Part shown: positions 39,766-53,300 of the stretch, one piece after another
Layout of the letters: each line of letters starts with the position of its first letter
Numbering within the stretch: the first letter of the stretch is position 1
Source: Octopus vulgaris
Taxonomy: Eukaryota
Assembly (NCBI GenBank): GCA_951406725.2
Contig: OX597815.1
Span: 93,868,001 to 93,932,000, forward strand
Direction: 5' to 3'
DNA: 64,000 bases
Made by a program: the position numbers and the translations under genes
Notes under the pieces: generated by a model
Database searches by the model: none
Seen by the model: the letters and a program-made list of their open reading frames with translations, nothing else
Told to the model about the DNA's origin: nothing

Positions 39766-40100
39766 TAAGTAAATATAACAGTGAATGTCTACTTCCAAAA
39801 AACTAATGTAATTAACAGAGCACAATATTAGTAATAGTTATTATTTTTTTCTTTTTAATTTTCTAATTACCTGGTGCCATTTTGAAATCATAAAAATATG
39901 AAGTTTCAAGAAATTTAAAACGAAATATAAACAATACTGACATTATGCAGTGTTTGAGACAATAATGGTTAAAGAAGACATTTTATTTGAGAGGGTCCCT
40001 CACAATCAGTACTGTATGATAGACAATCTGGTAGAGGGAGAAAGAAATTATCCCTCTCCTAAATGTACTTTCAAGATTTCAACTCAATTTTATAATAGTA

Positions 40101-41325
40101 CGAGGGACGTTCATAAGTAATGCCCCTGACCCACTTGCAGTTGAAACAATCTAGCTGAAATTTTGCATGTACAATTATTTATATCTCTATAGATTAAGTG
40201 GTAAATTACAGCTCTGAAGTAATTGTGGTTTCTGATTTACAGGTGTTTGAACTGAGTCAAGTGTGAAATGGAGCCTGTTGAGTGTTGAGCAGTGATCCGT
40301 TTTTTGTATTTGAAAGGACGCACACCACGGGAGACTTTTGATGAAATGAAAGTAACTTATGATGATGCCCCATCATATGACCTTGTAAAACGCTGGCATC
40401 GTGAATTCAAACATGGTCGGAACTCTGTGGAAACAGCTCCCAGATCTGGTCGCCCCCCTTCTGCTATTTTGGAAGATCGACGCATAACTATTCACCAAAT
40501 AGCCCATGAGGTCAAGATTAGTACCGGGTCTGTGGAAACTATCATTCATGACCATTTGCATATGCAAAAGGTGTCTGCCAGATGGATTCCCAGGTTGCTC
40601 ACACCTTTCCAGGAGCAAGAACGCGTCGAGTGCTCGAGGATGAGTTTGGAGATGTGCCAAGAAGATGAGTCAAAATTTTTTAAAAGACTGATTACACAGG
40701 ATGAAACCTGGGTCCATCACTATGATCCAGAGACCAAAGCCCAGTCAATGCAGTGGAAGCACCGTGACTCACCTCCTCCAAAGAAGGCAAGGTCATGCTC
40801 AGTCTTCTGGGACCAGGACGGAGTAGTGATGACAGATTTCCTGGCAAAGGATACCACAATTACAGAAGCCTATTATGCTTCACTTTTGAGGAAATTAAGA
40901 GAAGCTATCAAAATCAAGAGGCGGGGCAAGATCAGCAAAGGCATCCTCCTCCTGCAGGACAACGCTCCGGTCCACACTCGCTTGCCGCCAGATCAGGACA
41001 GGCGTGCGGCTATGAACTCCTCCCCCATCCCCCTACACTCCTGACCTTGCACCCTCTGATTTTCACCTCTTCCCAGCCATGAAGTTGTTTTTGAAAGGAA
41101 AGCGTTTCCCAGATGTTGCAGCCTTGATTTCTGAAGTAACATCGTGGTTGGAGGACCAAGCTGCGGTCTTCTACAAAAACGGTTTCCAGAGCTGCATCAA
41201 ACGATTGGAGAAATGCGTAACTCTGTGTGGTTCCTATGTGGAAAAAGACTAATAACTGTGCCAAGTTTCGTTGCTCTACTGCTATGGGAAGTGGGTCAGG
41301 GGCATTACTTATTGAATGCCCCTCA
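40101..41325 (+). mobile_element. Mariner (DD34D) transposon, near full length, inactive
   Basis: TA duplications at 40099-40100 and 41326-41327; about 36-bp TIRs cgagggacgttcataagtaatgcccctgacccactt / aagtgggtcaggggcattacttattgaatgcccctca. Confidence 0.95.
40268..41252 (+). pseudogene. Mariner transposase pseudogene
   Basis: Motifs WIPRLL, QDETW, LQDNAP and SPDLAPSDF; TGA at codon 7 (likely CGA>TGA); internal deletions and a frameshift before SPDLAPSDF; ends GSYVEKD*. Confidence 0.9.
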
Positions 41326-42931
41326 TAATCAATGTTTACAGCAGTGAGCTGGTCATACCTTACACAACCTACATGTAAGAATTATTGTTTAGCCTCAAGT
41401 CAGCTCTAACTGAGCAGACCTACAATCAAAAGTATTCTAGCATTGAGCATCTCGTTTTCAGATGTATGCAACTAGAACTACATTACCCAATGTTTCCTTC
41501 CTCTTAAGATGGAAAGTTGTTATTTGTTACTGATTCAGCTGTTATTTCTAGCAAGTCAATTAATCAGGTAGATGCTACTTTATTGACTTGAAGCAATAAC
41601 AGTTTAGTGTTTTGGCCATAAGCACACAACAATATTAGTGACAAAATAAAAACTATTGACCTGTTAGCTACCTACACTATCAGTAACGTGTATGCATTCA
41701 TAGACTTGAAGAAAATATCAATCTTATTAGTGCACAGTAAATCTATGCTTAATCTATTTCCACTCAAGTTGATCCGGTTTACATGACAACCTACAAAATT
41801 CCACAATTATTGAAAGCAACAAACACATATTTTGTTGAAAATAATACATTTCATATGTTTCCCCACTAAATATTATGATAAGTCCAACTAGTGGAAACTG
41901 TTTCCAGTCAGCTTATAAATAAATTTTATTTCACTCAAAATTCACATGAAAATAATAATGATGATAATAAATAAATAAAATATACATTTCAGAACAAAAT
42001 TCTATTATTTTAACCATTTGCAGAGTTGTTTTGTGAAAGGGAAAACAATGGCTTGCTCTTTAACTAGTACTTCAAAGCACATCTGCAGAAGAATTTTTCA
42101 TTTGCTTTCTTTTTTATTTTATTTTTATTGAGGCACATGTCTGATTGCTTTGTTAATTTAGGAAACAACTGCCTATCATTTCCAAACAGCAGTTTCATTT
42201 GGAAAAGACGTAAACTCTAACCATGAGTTATACCTTGAAGTAAATCTAGAAACTCTCACAAGTCAGTTCATATAAAATGAAAACTAAGCTTGAAAAAAAA
42301 TCAAGCAGAAAAAAAAAAAACAAAAAAAAACAAAACAAATATATATATATATAAATAAACCCAAGGAACTCCAAATATATTATAGTTTATTAATATTTAG
42401 TTTTTAGTTCAACATGAAATTATTAATTTAATTTCATGTTGAAATGAAACAAAAAAAAAAAATGAATAATGTGTATGTATGTTTGTATATGAGTATGCAT
42501 GCATATATTATGATTGCAGTCACTTCAATGTGATGTTGGTTGTTATGAAACATTTAGGTATGGATTTGAAATTGTACTTAGTGCGCGCAGGCACACACAC
42601 ATACATCCATCCATACACACAGACACAGAACTGCCTCTTGTTTAAAATGTAATACAACTTCTTATACACATTTCATCCTATTTGTATTCCATCACACATA
42701 TGAAACATTTGATAAAAATCAAGAAATTAACTTAAAAAGTAACACCAAAATGGATGTAACTGAAGACAATAAACTATAATATAATCATAGATTTACATCT
42801 GTACATATTACAATTATAACATATACTGGTTTCCATATGTATATATTACATATCAAGGGAATATATGCAATAAAACTGTCAGAGGTTATGACATTTTTTT
42901 CTTGAAATGTAGCATTTACAAATGTAGAATG

Positions 42932-42969
<38 letters not shown>

Positions 42970-43858
42970 CTACAGCCAAATACTTGAGAAATAAAAAACA
43001 ATTCATATTTCAACTGTAAAATATAAACTAAACATGATTTGAGTAGAAACTCTGTCAAAGGGAAGTATTTCAGGAATACAATCTTGAAGTTAAAAATTAA
43101 ATTCTGGATTCTTTTTGACTAGGCACAGAGGCCCTATTTTAGAGGAAGAAAGAAGTTCATGTCTTTCCCAAGGAGACATTAACAAAGAAGTGAATAGATT
43201 TCAAGCAAGAATTCAAACTGGTTCACTGTTGTAGCTAGCCAGGAGCTAACCTTGCTACAAAGCACCACTCATATCTTCAATAGAAATATTAATACATTTG
43301 CAAGAAAAGATGATTATGAGCTGATAGTTATAGAGAAATAAGAAATTCCATATAAAATAACTAAGATAGAAGGAAAATTGTTGCTATATCTGACACCTGA
43401 ACACAGGTGAAGTAACCAGTTATAATAATGTAAATATAATAAACACAAACTGACTAAATTGATATTATGTTGTGGGGAGAGGGGGTTCCTCCACTCTCAA
43501 AGGGTTGTTATATTATTAAACTGAGCTGTTATCTCTCTATTTCTCTCTCTCCCACCAAACACACAAAGTCATAAGATGTAATTTTTGGAAATTACAAAAA
43601 CAAAATAAAATAAAGAAATAAAAAGTCCGTTTTTTTCTCTTCCAACCCTGATAAAATGATTAAACAAACTTCATTCATCAAAATATAAAATTAAACAAGA
43701 GAGGAGAAAGAAAGAGAGGTTAGGAGAAAATTCTCAGTTTGTATTGTTATATACATCTTTAAAAGGGATATGAAATAATATTATATGTATTTGGCCTTTC
43801 CCTTATACACACTCCAAAGATTTTAATTGTTTTCAGTTGCAAATTTAAGGCAAGAATG

Positions 43859-43908
<50 letters not shown>

Positions 43909-46900
43909 ATGTATGTATGTATATATATATATTACAACATAGGACTCTCGATAAAGAAAATATAACCTCTACAAGTGTTTTTGCCATGAGTAAATGAGAA
44001 CAAATGACCAAGACAAAATAGAGTGGTATTTCAAGAAAATTAAGGCAAATTCAGAAATTTCCAAAGAGAATTAAGAGATGAGTTTCTCTTATGGTTGTTT
44101 AACATAGATTCAGCAGTGGACATTGAAATCCTGTTCCTATGTGAATAGTATACTTTGCAGATCAATCATTTTCTAATTGATTATTTACTAATGCAAACTA
44201 ATTTATGATGCACAGTTAAAAAGTTATATAACATCTGAACTGACCAGACTTTTTTTGTATAAGAGCATTTTTTTTAATGTGTCAAAATTATGTTTGACTG
44301 TGCTGATCTATTATAATTAAGTCAGTTGATAATGGAGAGTTTAAAATTAAACTGTATATACATCCAAAGATTTTAGACAATTAGTATTAATAAATATTAA
44401 CATTATTAGCATGAGAGTTGAAAAAACTGTAGAGAGAGAAAGACACACATATAATACATAAACATAATTTCAAGATCATATGGCAACAAAATATAGCTAA
44501 CACTGGGGGAATCACAGCACAAGTATTCTAGTCACAATTTGTTAGAAAATTTCTATGAATTGTGCTAACCCTATTTTCAGTCTTAGAAAACTTTTTCTAT
44601 TCTCACAGAAAAAAAAAACTCAGATTCCTATGGACACAGAAGTAAATACTCAGCAGAAAAACGTTCTAATGAGCTAATTAAAAATAGCTTACTTAATTTA
44701 ACTCAGGAAATTATAAAGTGTAGGAGCAGTAGGGTTCTGTTAAGGAGATAGCTGGAATAGATGGAGACCAAATAAAATGTTGAAAAACATTTAGAAATAT
44801 GCTTTATTACTTTTCAATATATCAAACTTTCATCTTACAATATAAAAAAATAAATTCAATCTATTAAATAGCATCTGCTAAATATCTTGCAAAAAATATT
44901 TCACAAAAATGGAAAACAAATTTCAACCTTGGTTTCATACACTACTTATGTGATAAACCCTCGCTATAAACCCCAATTTCATATCAGTTACACATTGATA
45001 AAAATATCTCTCATAATTATTTGATTTTATTCTATTTCTTTTATTTTTAATTATTATTATTATTAATTTTCTAGATAGGCTTAAGATTAATATCGTATAA
45101 GGAAAACAAGATAAGGTGTAACATTCATGCATTTCCTGAGGATTTATATTAATGTAAGTGAAATAAATTGAAAATGGAAACCATGAAATGATTATATCCA
45201 TTGAACAACACTCACTATGTTTATTATACATTGGAACAACTGAGATTTTATGAAAATACAGTTAAGCAAATCTAACAACTGAAAGTTATCTCTAAATAGC
45301 CATTAAAACATTTTGTTGCAATAAAATATTATTACAATGAATAGATATTTCTAATAGAAGACATTCAAGCATCATTCATCAACCAGTTGCTCCAGGTAAA
45401 ATTCATATTTTTTTTTAGTGTTACTCTTAGAAAAATATATAAATGTAATAATAATTATTGTTGTTTATCACTCCCATTCAGACCATATTTAATGGAACAG
45501 TGTGTACAGTACACAAAAATGTAGGAGGGATTCACTCACATAATGGTTTGACTATTTCTGGATCACATTTTATAACTTCTTTCGTCTATCTGATATATGT
45601 TCTTTAAATCCAAAGATGTAAAATTTCCATATTTATGAATGAATGTTAACTTTCTTATCCTGTTTGTGTTTCATTTAATTTAGTTTAGAAATCAGAACAA
45701 AAACCATTTCAAAGCCAAATAATTCCTAGAAGTAAAATTTAGAGGGAAGTGTAATTTATCATAATTAATGCCAAACAGAATAAAATATCTTTGCCATGAG
45801 GATAAAACATTATTTCATATAGTTCTGACAATTCCTAGCATATTTTAGGCCCACAAGAACTGAATAGCATTTGTAACTTGTAATAGTTATATATAACATT
45901 GAGATCGTTATCTGATCTTTCTACAAAACTATCCCTTACCTCTGCCTAATTAGAGAAATATACTAATTACAAAGATGTCCCAAGGAAAATTAGAAAAAAG
46001 AATACAACTAAAATATAAACACTATAACTGATACAGCTTTTGAAACAATCAAAACAGTAACTATTTTATGTTTTTTTTAAATATTTTTTTTTAAAAGAAA
46101 CATTTTCGTTTCTAACTGAAAATTTATTTTCTATGATAGTTTAAGGAATATATTCAACATTCTTGATTCATATACACCATTTAAAACATTTCCATAAATT
46201 ATACACACCAGTGATTGCGATAGATAAAAAAGTAGTCACTGAAGGAGAGAGAATGCAGTGAAAGTTATCGCATGAAAATATATGTTACATGATCACCTCA
46301 CCAGATATAAACCACTAAAAATATAAAACAAAGCACAAACAAGTTAAATATACAAAGTTGCAATGTTTCGTTCACTGTCTGCTACTCAACCAATATTGAT
46401 CTCTCTACAACTATGTGCTGATTTGTAGTACTCACTAAATTTGCTAATATGATCAGTTAAAAAGTTATGAAGATATACTAATAACATGAATAATAAGTTT
46501 TAGTGTTTGAAACCACACAAAATTCTTCAAATAGTTTTATAAAAAAAATGAAAGTCTTTTTTTCAATAGATCAAAAAGACTTTGAAATTTGGAATAAAAC
46601 TATAACTTGAGATTAGATTTTTACATAAACCAAGTATATATTTTATTATACAAATTTAAAAGAAAGCATAATCAATGATCAAAATAAACAGAAAACCATC
46701 AGAATATGATGGTTAATCAAACATAAATAAATGCAATTTAAATTTGAGATTATAAAGGGGATGTGTATGTGTGGAGTATAATGATAATTTTATGTTTTAA
46801 ATAGAAATTAGAATTATTTTTACAAAACATATACATTTAAGACAGAATATATTTTATTGTTGGTTTCATGTGATTGTTTGACAAAATGGGGTGGGAATTA

Positions 46901-47162
46901 AAAGTAATCTTAAACACACGCACGCACACACACAGATTGAGTGTCTGAGTAGGAAATATGAAAAATGGCTCTAAGACAACTGAGAAACGTGGAGATGGTG
47001 ACAACATGTAAAGCCAGATGTAATGATTGTGACCTGATGCAGGATGAATATGTAAAAAATGTGGTTGGCATCATGTAATATGTATGTATACTGATTTCTT
47101 TATATCATCTGAAACGACTGACAAGTGGCACTCTTTAATAGGAAAGATGAAGAGTTCTGATT

Positions 47163-47379
47163 TCATCGCTTGGCTTTCTTGCCAATAATCATTTTAACAC
47201 CGCGCCCTCGGCCACGAGACTTGGTTGGTCGGACATAATACTGTTCGGCTGGTTCATCATCGTCACTGCTACCCTGGCCAACATCATCTGCCTCTTGATT
47301 TCCAGCCAACATGGCAGGGGACGGTCCATATTGTAGTAATAGTTGAAATGTACCACTGGCACCAATACCAGATAATTGC
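47163..47379 (-). CDS. HP1BP3: HP1BP3-like last coding exon (QLSGIGASGTFQL...SRGRGRGVKMIIGKKAKR*)
   Basis: ctaag acceptor; TGA at 47165-47163. Confidence 0.9.
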
Positions 47380-50300
47380 CTTAGAAAAAGGAAATAAAAT
47401 GACCTTTTAGTATATTAAGCAACAAACAGCTAAAAACATAATTTTATAAGTCTACATTAATTATAGCAAAAGTAAAAGGATTTTCACTTATTTCAACATT
47501 GAATTTTGATGTTGTTCAATGAACTGAACAATATACTCATTAAATTATGGTGTAAAGGAGTTGGTATTGCACAGACATTTCCTCACAACATATTTTCAGG
47601 CAGACTCATCATAAGACTATGTGATCTGTATGACTGTGAAGCAAATTTCTTAACAATTCAACCATGCTGTATCCACACAGCCATACACAAGTGCACACCA
47701 CATGTATCCCAGACTGATTCATCATTTCTTGCACTGACAAAATAGCAGTTGTAATAATCATACCTTTCAAAATGACTTCAATACAGAAGAGAGATTAGAT
47801 GGAATGCAATTCAGCAGTACAGCACAAAAGTATACACAGAATAGAGTGAAAAGAAACAGTAATTACTTGATGATGTTTTTCTTAACAGCTCTACTAATTG
47901 CATTCTTAAACAGATGTGGTCGGGTCTCAATGTTGAAATCTTGATGAAACTCTTGCACATAACGCTTGATTAACAGAGCAGAAGCCTGTTTTGGTTCATG
48001 AGTAGCAACAATTGCCAGACATACCATGTCTTCCACAGTTTCACCTGAATGATAAATAACATAACAGAGATTTAGTCATTGCATGAAAGCATTTTCTTTC
48101 AGTGTTACTACACAAAATTTTAAAACTATATTGAACAAAAGTGTTTTCTTGTAGTCACTCTACGGTCAAGAAATAGTAGGCAAAATTCCTTCAAATTACA
48201 TCTTTATATCTTAAAAACAGGAAGGACACATTGTATAATGTAGTCCTAGATACAATATGTCTAAAAAACAGGCAGCATGAGATCATGGCTGGAATACTTT
48301 TAACCAATCAGAGCTAAACTGGTACTAAACAACAATAACAACAGAGAAATATAGTTCATATATCAATGAATATCTTCTTAGTTCTGTGAAACACCAAACA
48401 TTTGTTGTGCTGATTGAACTTAGATGTATAGCATCAAAATAATTAACATGATGCACACTCTAAGTCAACAAAAGAACTTCCATGTGGTTATTCACAACCT
48501 TGCTAGAAATAGTTGTCAAATTCCCTTCAAACGTACCTAAGTAGGCCTATGATAGAATGGTCACAACTTGAATGCTCTGACCACAGATTTGCTTGAAAAC
48601 AGCTGGCCCAATGATAAACAACATTAAAAAATTACTGATTATATTTGATAGTTGCACACTGAAACAAGTTCAGCAATTAAATAAAGTGTTAATCATTTTT
48701 TTTATGTAAATCCACCTGATACTATGGGTATAAAACATCTCATTTTAAGAAGTTTATTTTTAAGTTAAGTTCCAAGCACTAGCTTAATAATGAAAAAGTT
48801 AATTTACTAAATCTCTTTAAATTCATGATTATTTTCAGAATTAATAGAAACACATAAGCAGTATAATTTTATTAGAAATACTGGGCCTGTATACATAAAT
48901 TATCTATATTCCTGACATTTCATTTTTGCAGCTGAAACTGGCAAATAACTTTTTATCAAAGCTGTATGATAACTGGCCATACATATAGAAACAATATATA
49001 ATATGTACACATTAAATAAAGTATATCAACTTTTATAACTTTTATATCAGAAAGTACAATGATATAAAGAGTCTCAGATAAATAAAGTCTGAATTATTTA
49101 CTCACATTTTCCAGGATTGAATTCATCAATAAGAAGTCTGAAAGTTCCAGAAGCTCCTGTTCCAGTCACTTGTTCCCATAATCCTCGCTCAACACCTTTT
49201 TCTAGAGCTTTCTTTAGCCTGACAATGAATAACACATATATATAGATCATGTATATCCTGAATTTTAGAATAAACACACTTTTTCCATGCTAGCACAAAG
49301 GACAACTAAAAGAGTTGGTATCAGGAAGGACATCTGACTGTAAAAAAGACCTGTCCAACCCACACCTACATGGAGAAACAAACATACTACACATTATTGA
49401 TATGCTGTTGAAATAAATGGCATAATTATTATTTGTTATCTAATTATCTGTGAAATATTATTGTAACTAAGATTTGTGGAGGGAATAAGAATCACCCAAC
49501 ACACACTGTAAAGTGGTTGGTGTTAGGAAAGGGCATCGAGCTGTGAAAAACCATACCAAAACAGACAATTGGCACCTAGACAACTCTCTGGTTGGCCAGG
49601 TCCTGTCAAACTGTCCAACCCATGCCAGCTTGGAAAAACCTTGTAACTGCAGATGTTTTAGATATTCAACAATATTTTGAAAAACAAAATTATTTCTTGT
49701 CAAGATACACATATATCCTTTTATTTCACACTTAGGTTATTTCATAGGGGCTGTTGAATTGTGCCTCAAGGTAAAACATATTTAATTAAGAAAAAACTTT
49801 AACCTTACAATACAGCTGATAGATACAGAAAATGTTTGCTCCAACAATATCCAGATATAATCGATAATATCAAGAAATTACCATAACAGTGAAATAAGGA
49901 AAATAATATCCAAATAAATATTGATACATTTCAAAATAAACTAATTAAGCTTTCGTTCTGAAATGTATCAATATTTATTAGGATATTATTTTCTTACACT
50001 TTTAGGGAGCAGGGAAAATGGGATGTTGTAACTTCTTGTTTTTTCAAGGGAAATTCACAGCTTAAGCTGAACTTAAAAGTCAATTGAAAAATCAATCAAA
50101 TCCAGTCAATCTTCACTAACAAGAATCATACTTATTCTCTTGCTCTCTTGAACTTGCTGTAACTGTAAAGAAAAATTTTTAATAATTTCATTAAATTAAT
50201 TAATCTTACCTCACTTCAGCATTGACATCTGGATAAAAGTCTTGGATATAACGCTTAATCCGAGACACTGATGCTTCTTTAGGTTCTGACATGAAAGTAA

Positions 50301-53300
50301 TGGCTAGCGGAAATGTGTCTTCAATCTTCAGCTCTGTACTATGTTTTGGCTTCTTTTTCTTTTTTCCTGCACAACAGAATTATGTTATTAGTTATACACT
50401 AAACATATGCTGCTCTTTTAAGACAACATATTTTAACTCAAAACTATTAATCAGTGAGGGTACTGCTACAAATATATCAGCAGTCTAATCTTTAATAGTC
50501 ATCTAATTAACATTATATAACTATGTGTGTAAATATATTTTAATTTATTTCAGTTCTAATTTACATTGTGATGTGCATGAGACAAACACATATATGTAAA
50601 CGTTTTCATGAATTAGAAACAAAACAGTAACAAATAGCAACTATCAACAAATTAATGAGTTTTTCTTCTGTTATATATTTGGATAGAAGTACTGGAACTA
50701 TTTATCACCTCAACAACTGAGCTTATTCCAGTTTTAAATAACTATTTAGTTTAATAGAGACACTGCTCTCTATTGGTGCATTTGTTTAAATATAAATTAT
50801 TCTGGCAACATTTCATTCCAAAGACATGAACCACCAAAAAGGAATGAAAGATGTGTCAATTCAGCAGTGCTCCGACATCTTGGTTACTGCCAAATATTTA
50901 AAGCTCTAGGACAGTTTGATAATAAAACAGAAGTTTTGGCAGCTAAGTTGAAGAACAAACATGTTCATCAAATCCAAAATGAGATGTAACAGGAGGAAAT
51001 GTAACTACATAAATGGAGCAATATTTTAAAGGAATCAAATGAAGAAATAGCTGAGTGTATTAGTTACCAGAATGTACACATTTTTAAATATGGAAACCAT
51101 GAGTTCACATTCTTTTATGCATTGACTGCTTTTAATCGTTAGACTGCAGCAACACTGAGGTACCACCTACAAGGCTTTTTGTTGATTGGTTGGAAGACAG
51201 GCAAAGTTGACTTGGACTTAAAGGGAAGTAAGCAAATACCACAAGTTATTTTTATACGATGCACCGATTCTGCAACCCCACCTACATCCAATGGACTTGT
51301 CTTTACTAAATTTAACTCACAGGACTTTGGTTAACCCAAGGCTACACATGTCCAAGGTGTTAATGGGATTGAAACTGTATCTTAAATCTTCTAAAATGAA
51401 ATCCAGCATGATTATCAGAAACCATTTAATATGGTCACTGACATTAAACACACCTTAGACTTTATAAAAAACACCAATTTAATCACCTTTCTTCGCTTTC
51501 CTTGACTTTTTAGCTGTCTTACTAGAATCATCTTTAGTGGACTTTCTCTTCCTGGTCTTTTTCTCAGTTTCATCAGTGGCTTTATCGCCATCATCTTTTT
51601 TCTCATCACTACCGTTCTCACCAGCATCCTGATATTAAAATAACAAACAAAATAAAACATCTTTCAAAAACTTCTATCTTAACCCTTTTGTTACTATATT
51701 GCTAACTAAAATACACCCAAGTGTTTCAAATGACTTAGCAACAGGTTCTAACATAAATCTTTTCCAGAATTTTTGTCTCAAATCTACTTTAATTACAGGT
51801 AAAACTTGAAAATCATTTAAATTTTGTTGAAATATAACTGCATAAAATGAGTTATTAGTCAATATGATATTATATAGCTTACTAAATGTCACTTATCATT
51901 ATGACAAAAATAATTAATTTCGTGCAAGATATCCTCTTCCCTTTGTTTACATTTTGTGCAGCAATTAGTTCTTATATGAAATACTTCAAGTGGAATGAAC
52001 CAAAGTAAATAATCCATGGGTTTTAATCATGAAGATGACTGATGAGATGCAGCTTGTTCTCAAAATTTTGGAAGAGAGATATTTTAAAGGCCTTTGTTTC
52101 ATTTTCTTTCTAGAAATCACTGCTTCCAGTACTGCTGTTTGACATTGTTTAGATACTTGGAAATTGAAACAGTCTATTCAAAGTCCACCTCTTAGTTGTA
52201 TTTCAAAATAATTTGGATTTGCTATTACTAAATCTGAAGCTTATATAATATTGTATAATTTTAAAAAAGGAGTAGAACAAAAAAAAGAAAAAAGAGGTGG
52301 GGTTGAAAAGATTATTAAAAAATGTTGGACAACACAAAATAAATAAAATGGTCTCAGGTACTTTACACCATGGACTGTGTTGGGTGGCTCAGTAAAAACA
52401 ACAAAGAAACACACAAATTTTATTCTGTTGTGTGAGACAATAGTCTCACAGATACCAAAAGTGCCAATGTGTTCACATTACTCCCCAAAAAATTTCCCAG
52501 TGACTAGGCTAAATGAAAGAAAAGGCATTAATCCTGAAGCAGAGTTGAATATCTTGTCTAATGAGTTAATGTAACAGCTAAAGTGGGATATGAATTGGTA
52601 AGCTTGGATGACAACTGTAGTATGTCTGTCATTCAACCACTGTTCAAGTATTTTTCACAGAGGCACTTAGGGATTTTATTTTCTTCTGATGTTGCTGTTT
52701 AATCCTTGGTCAGTCCTTATTCAGCAGAGCAACAAGTAAAGGCATTCAGCTGAGATCATTTCTGTATTCTAATCAGACCAGTAGATGTAAAGCTAATTTA
52801 TCTAATGTAATTTTTTGAGAATATGGTAGTTTGACGTTTAGAAGATTTAGCTGCTATTTCTAGCAGGTCAAGAACATATGTAGAAACTTCCTTGATGACC
52901 TATAATGCTTTTGTTTTGAAGGGGAGGGGGAAATGAAATTATGAGAGAATGCATGAAATGGTCACAATTCTATCCAAATCATTGTTGAAAAGGTATGTGA
53001 AGCAAAGACATTTGTTCTCTGGTACCTGCTACAGGAGCAAAAACATACTTTTACACGAATACAAGGATTCAAGTTTAAAGGGGATCAGAATTAAACTGTA
53101 ACAGCCATGTTTTTCCTGAGAGAAATTAGGACTAAAAATTGTTTACAAAGAGCATATATTTTTACATGGTAATCACTGTACAAAAGATACAATATCAACA
53201 CATTCAGTTTATTCAGCAACCACATTTGCTAAACTATTGCCACTAAACTGTTGTCACCTACTGGAAAACAAAAGAGCCAATGAGGGTACTTCTATGGCTG

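Noticed and set aside
40292-41044. 250-aa ORF as a functional or SETMAR-like gene
   Set aside because: It lies inside TIRs, has an upstream in-frame stop, frameshifts before the third catalytic Asp, and no SET exons were seen.
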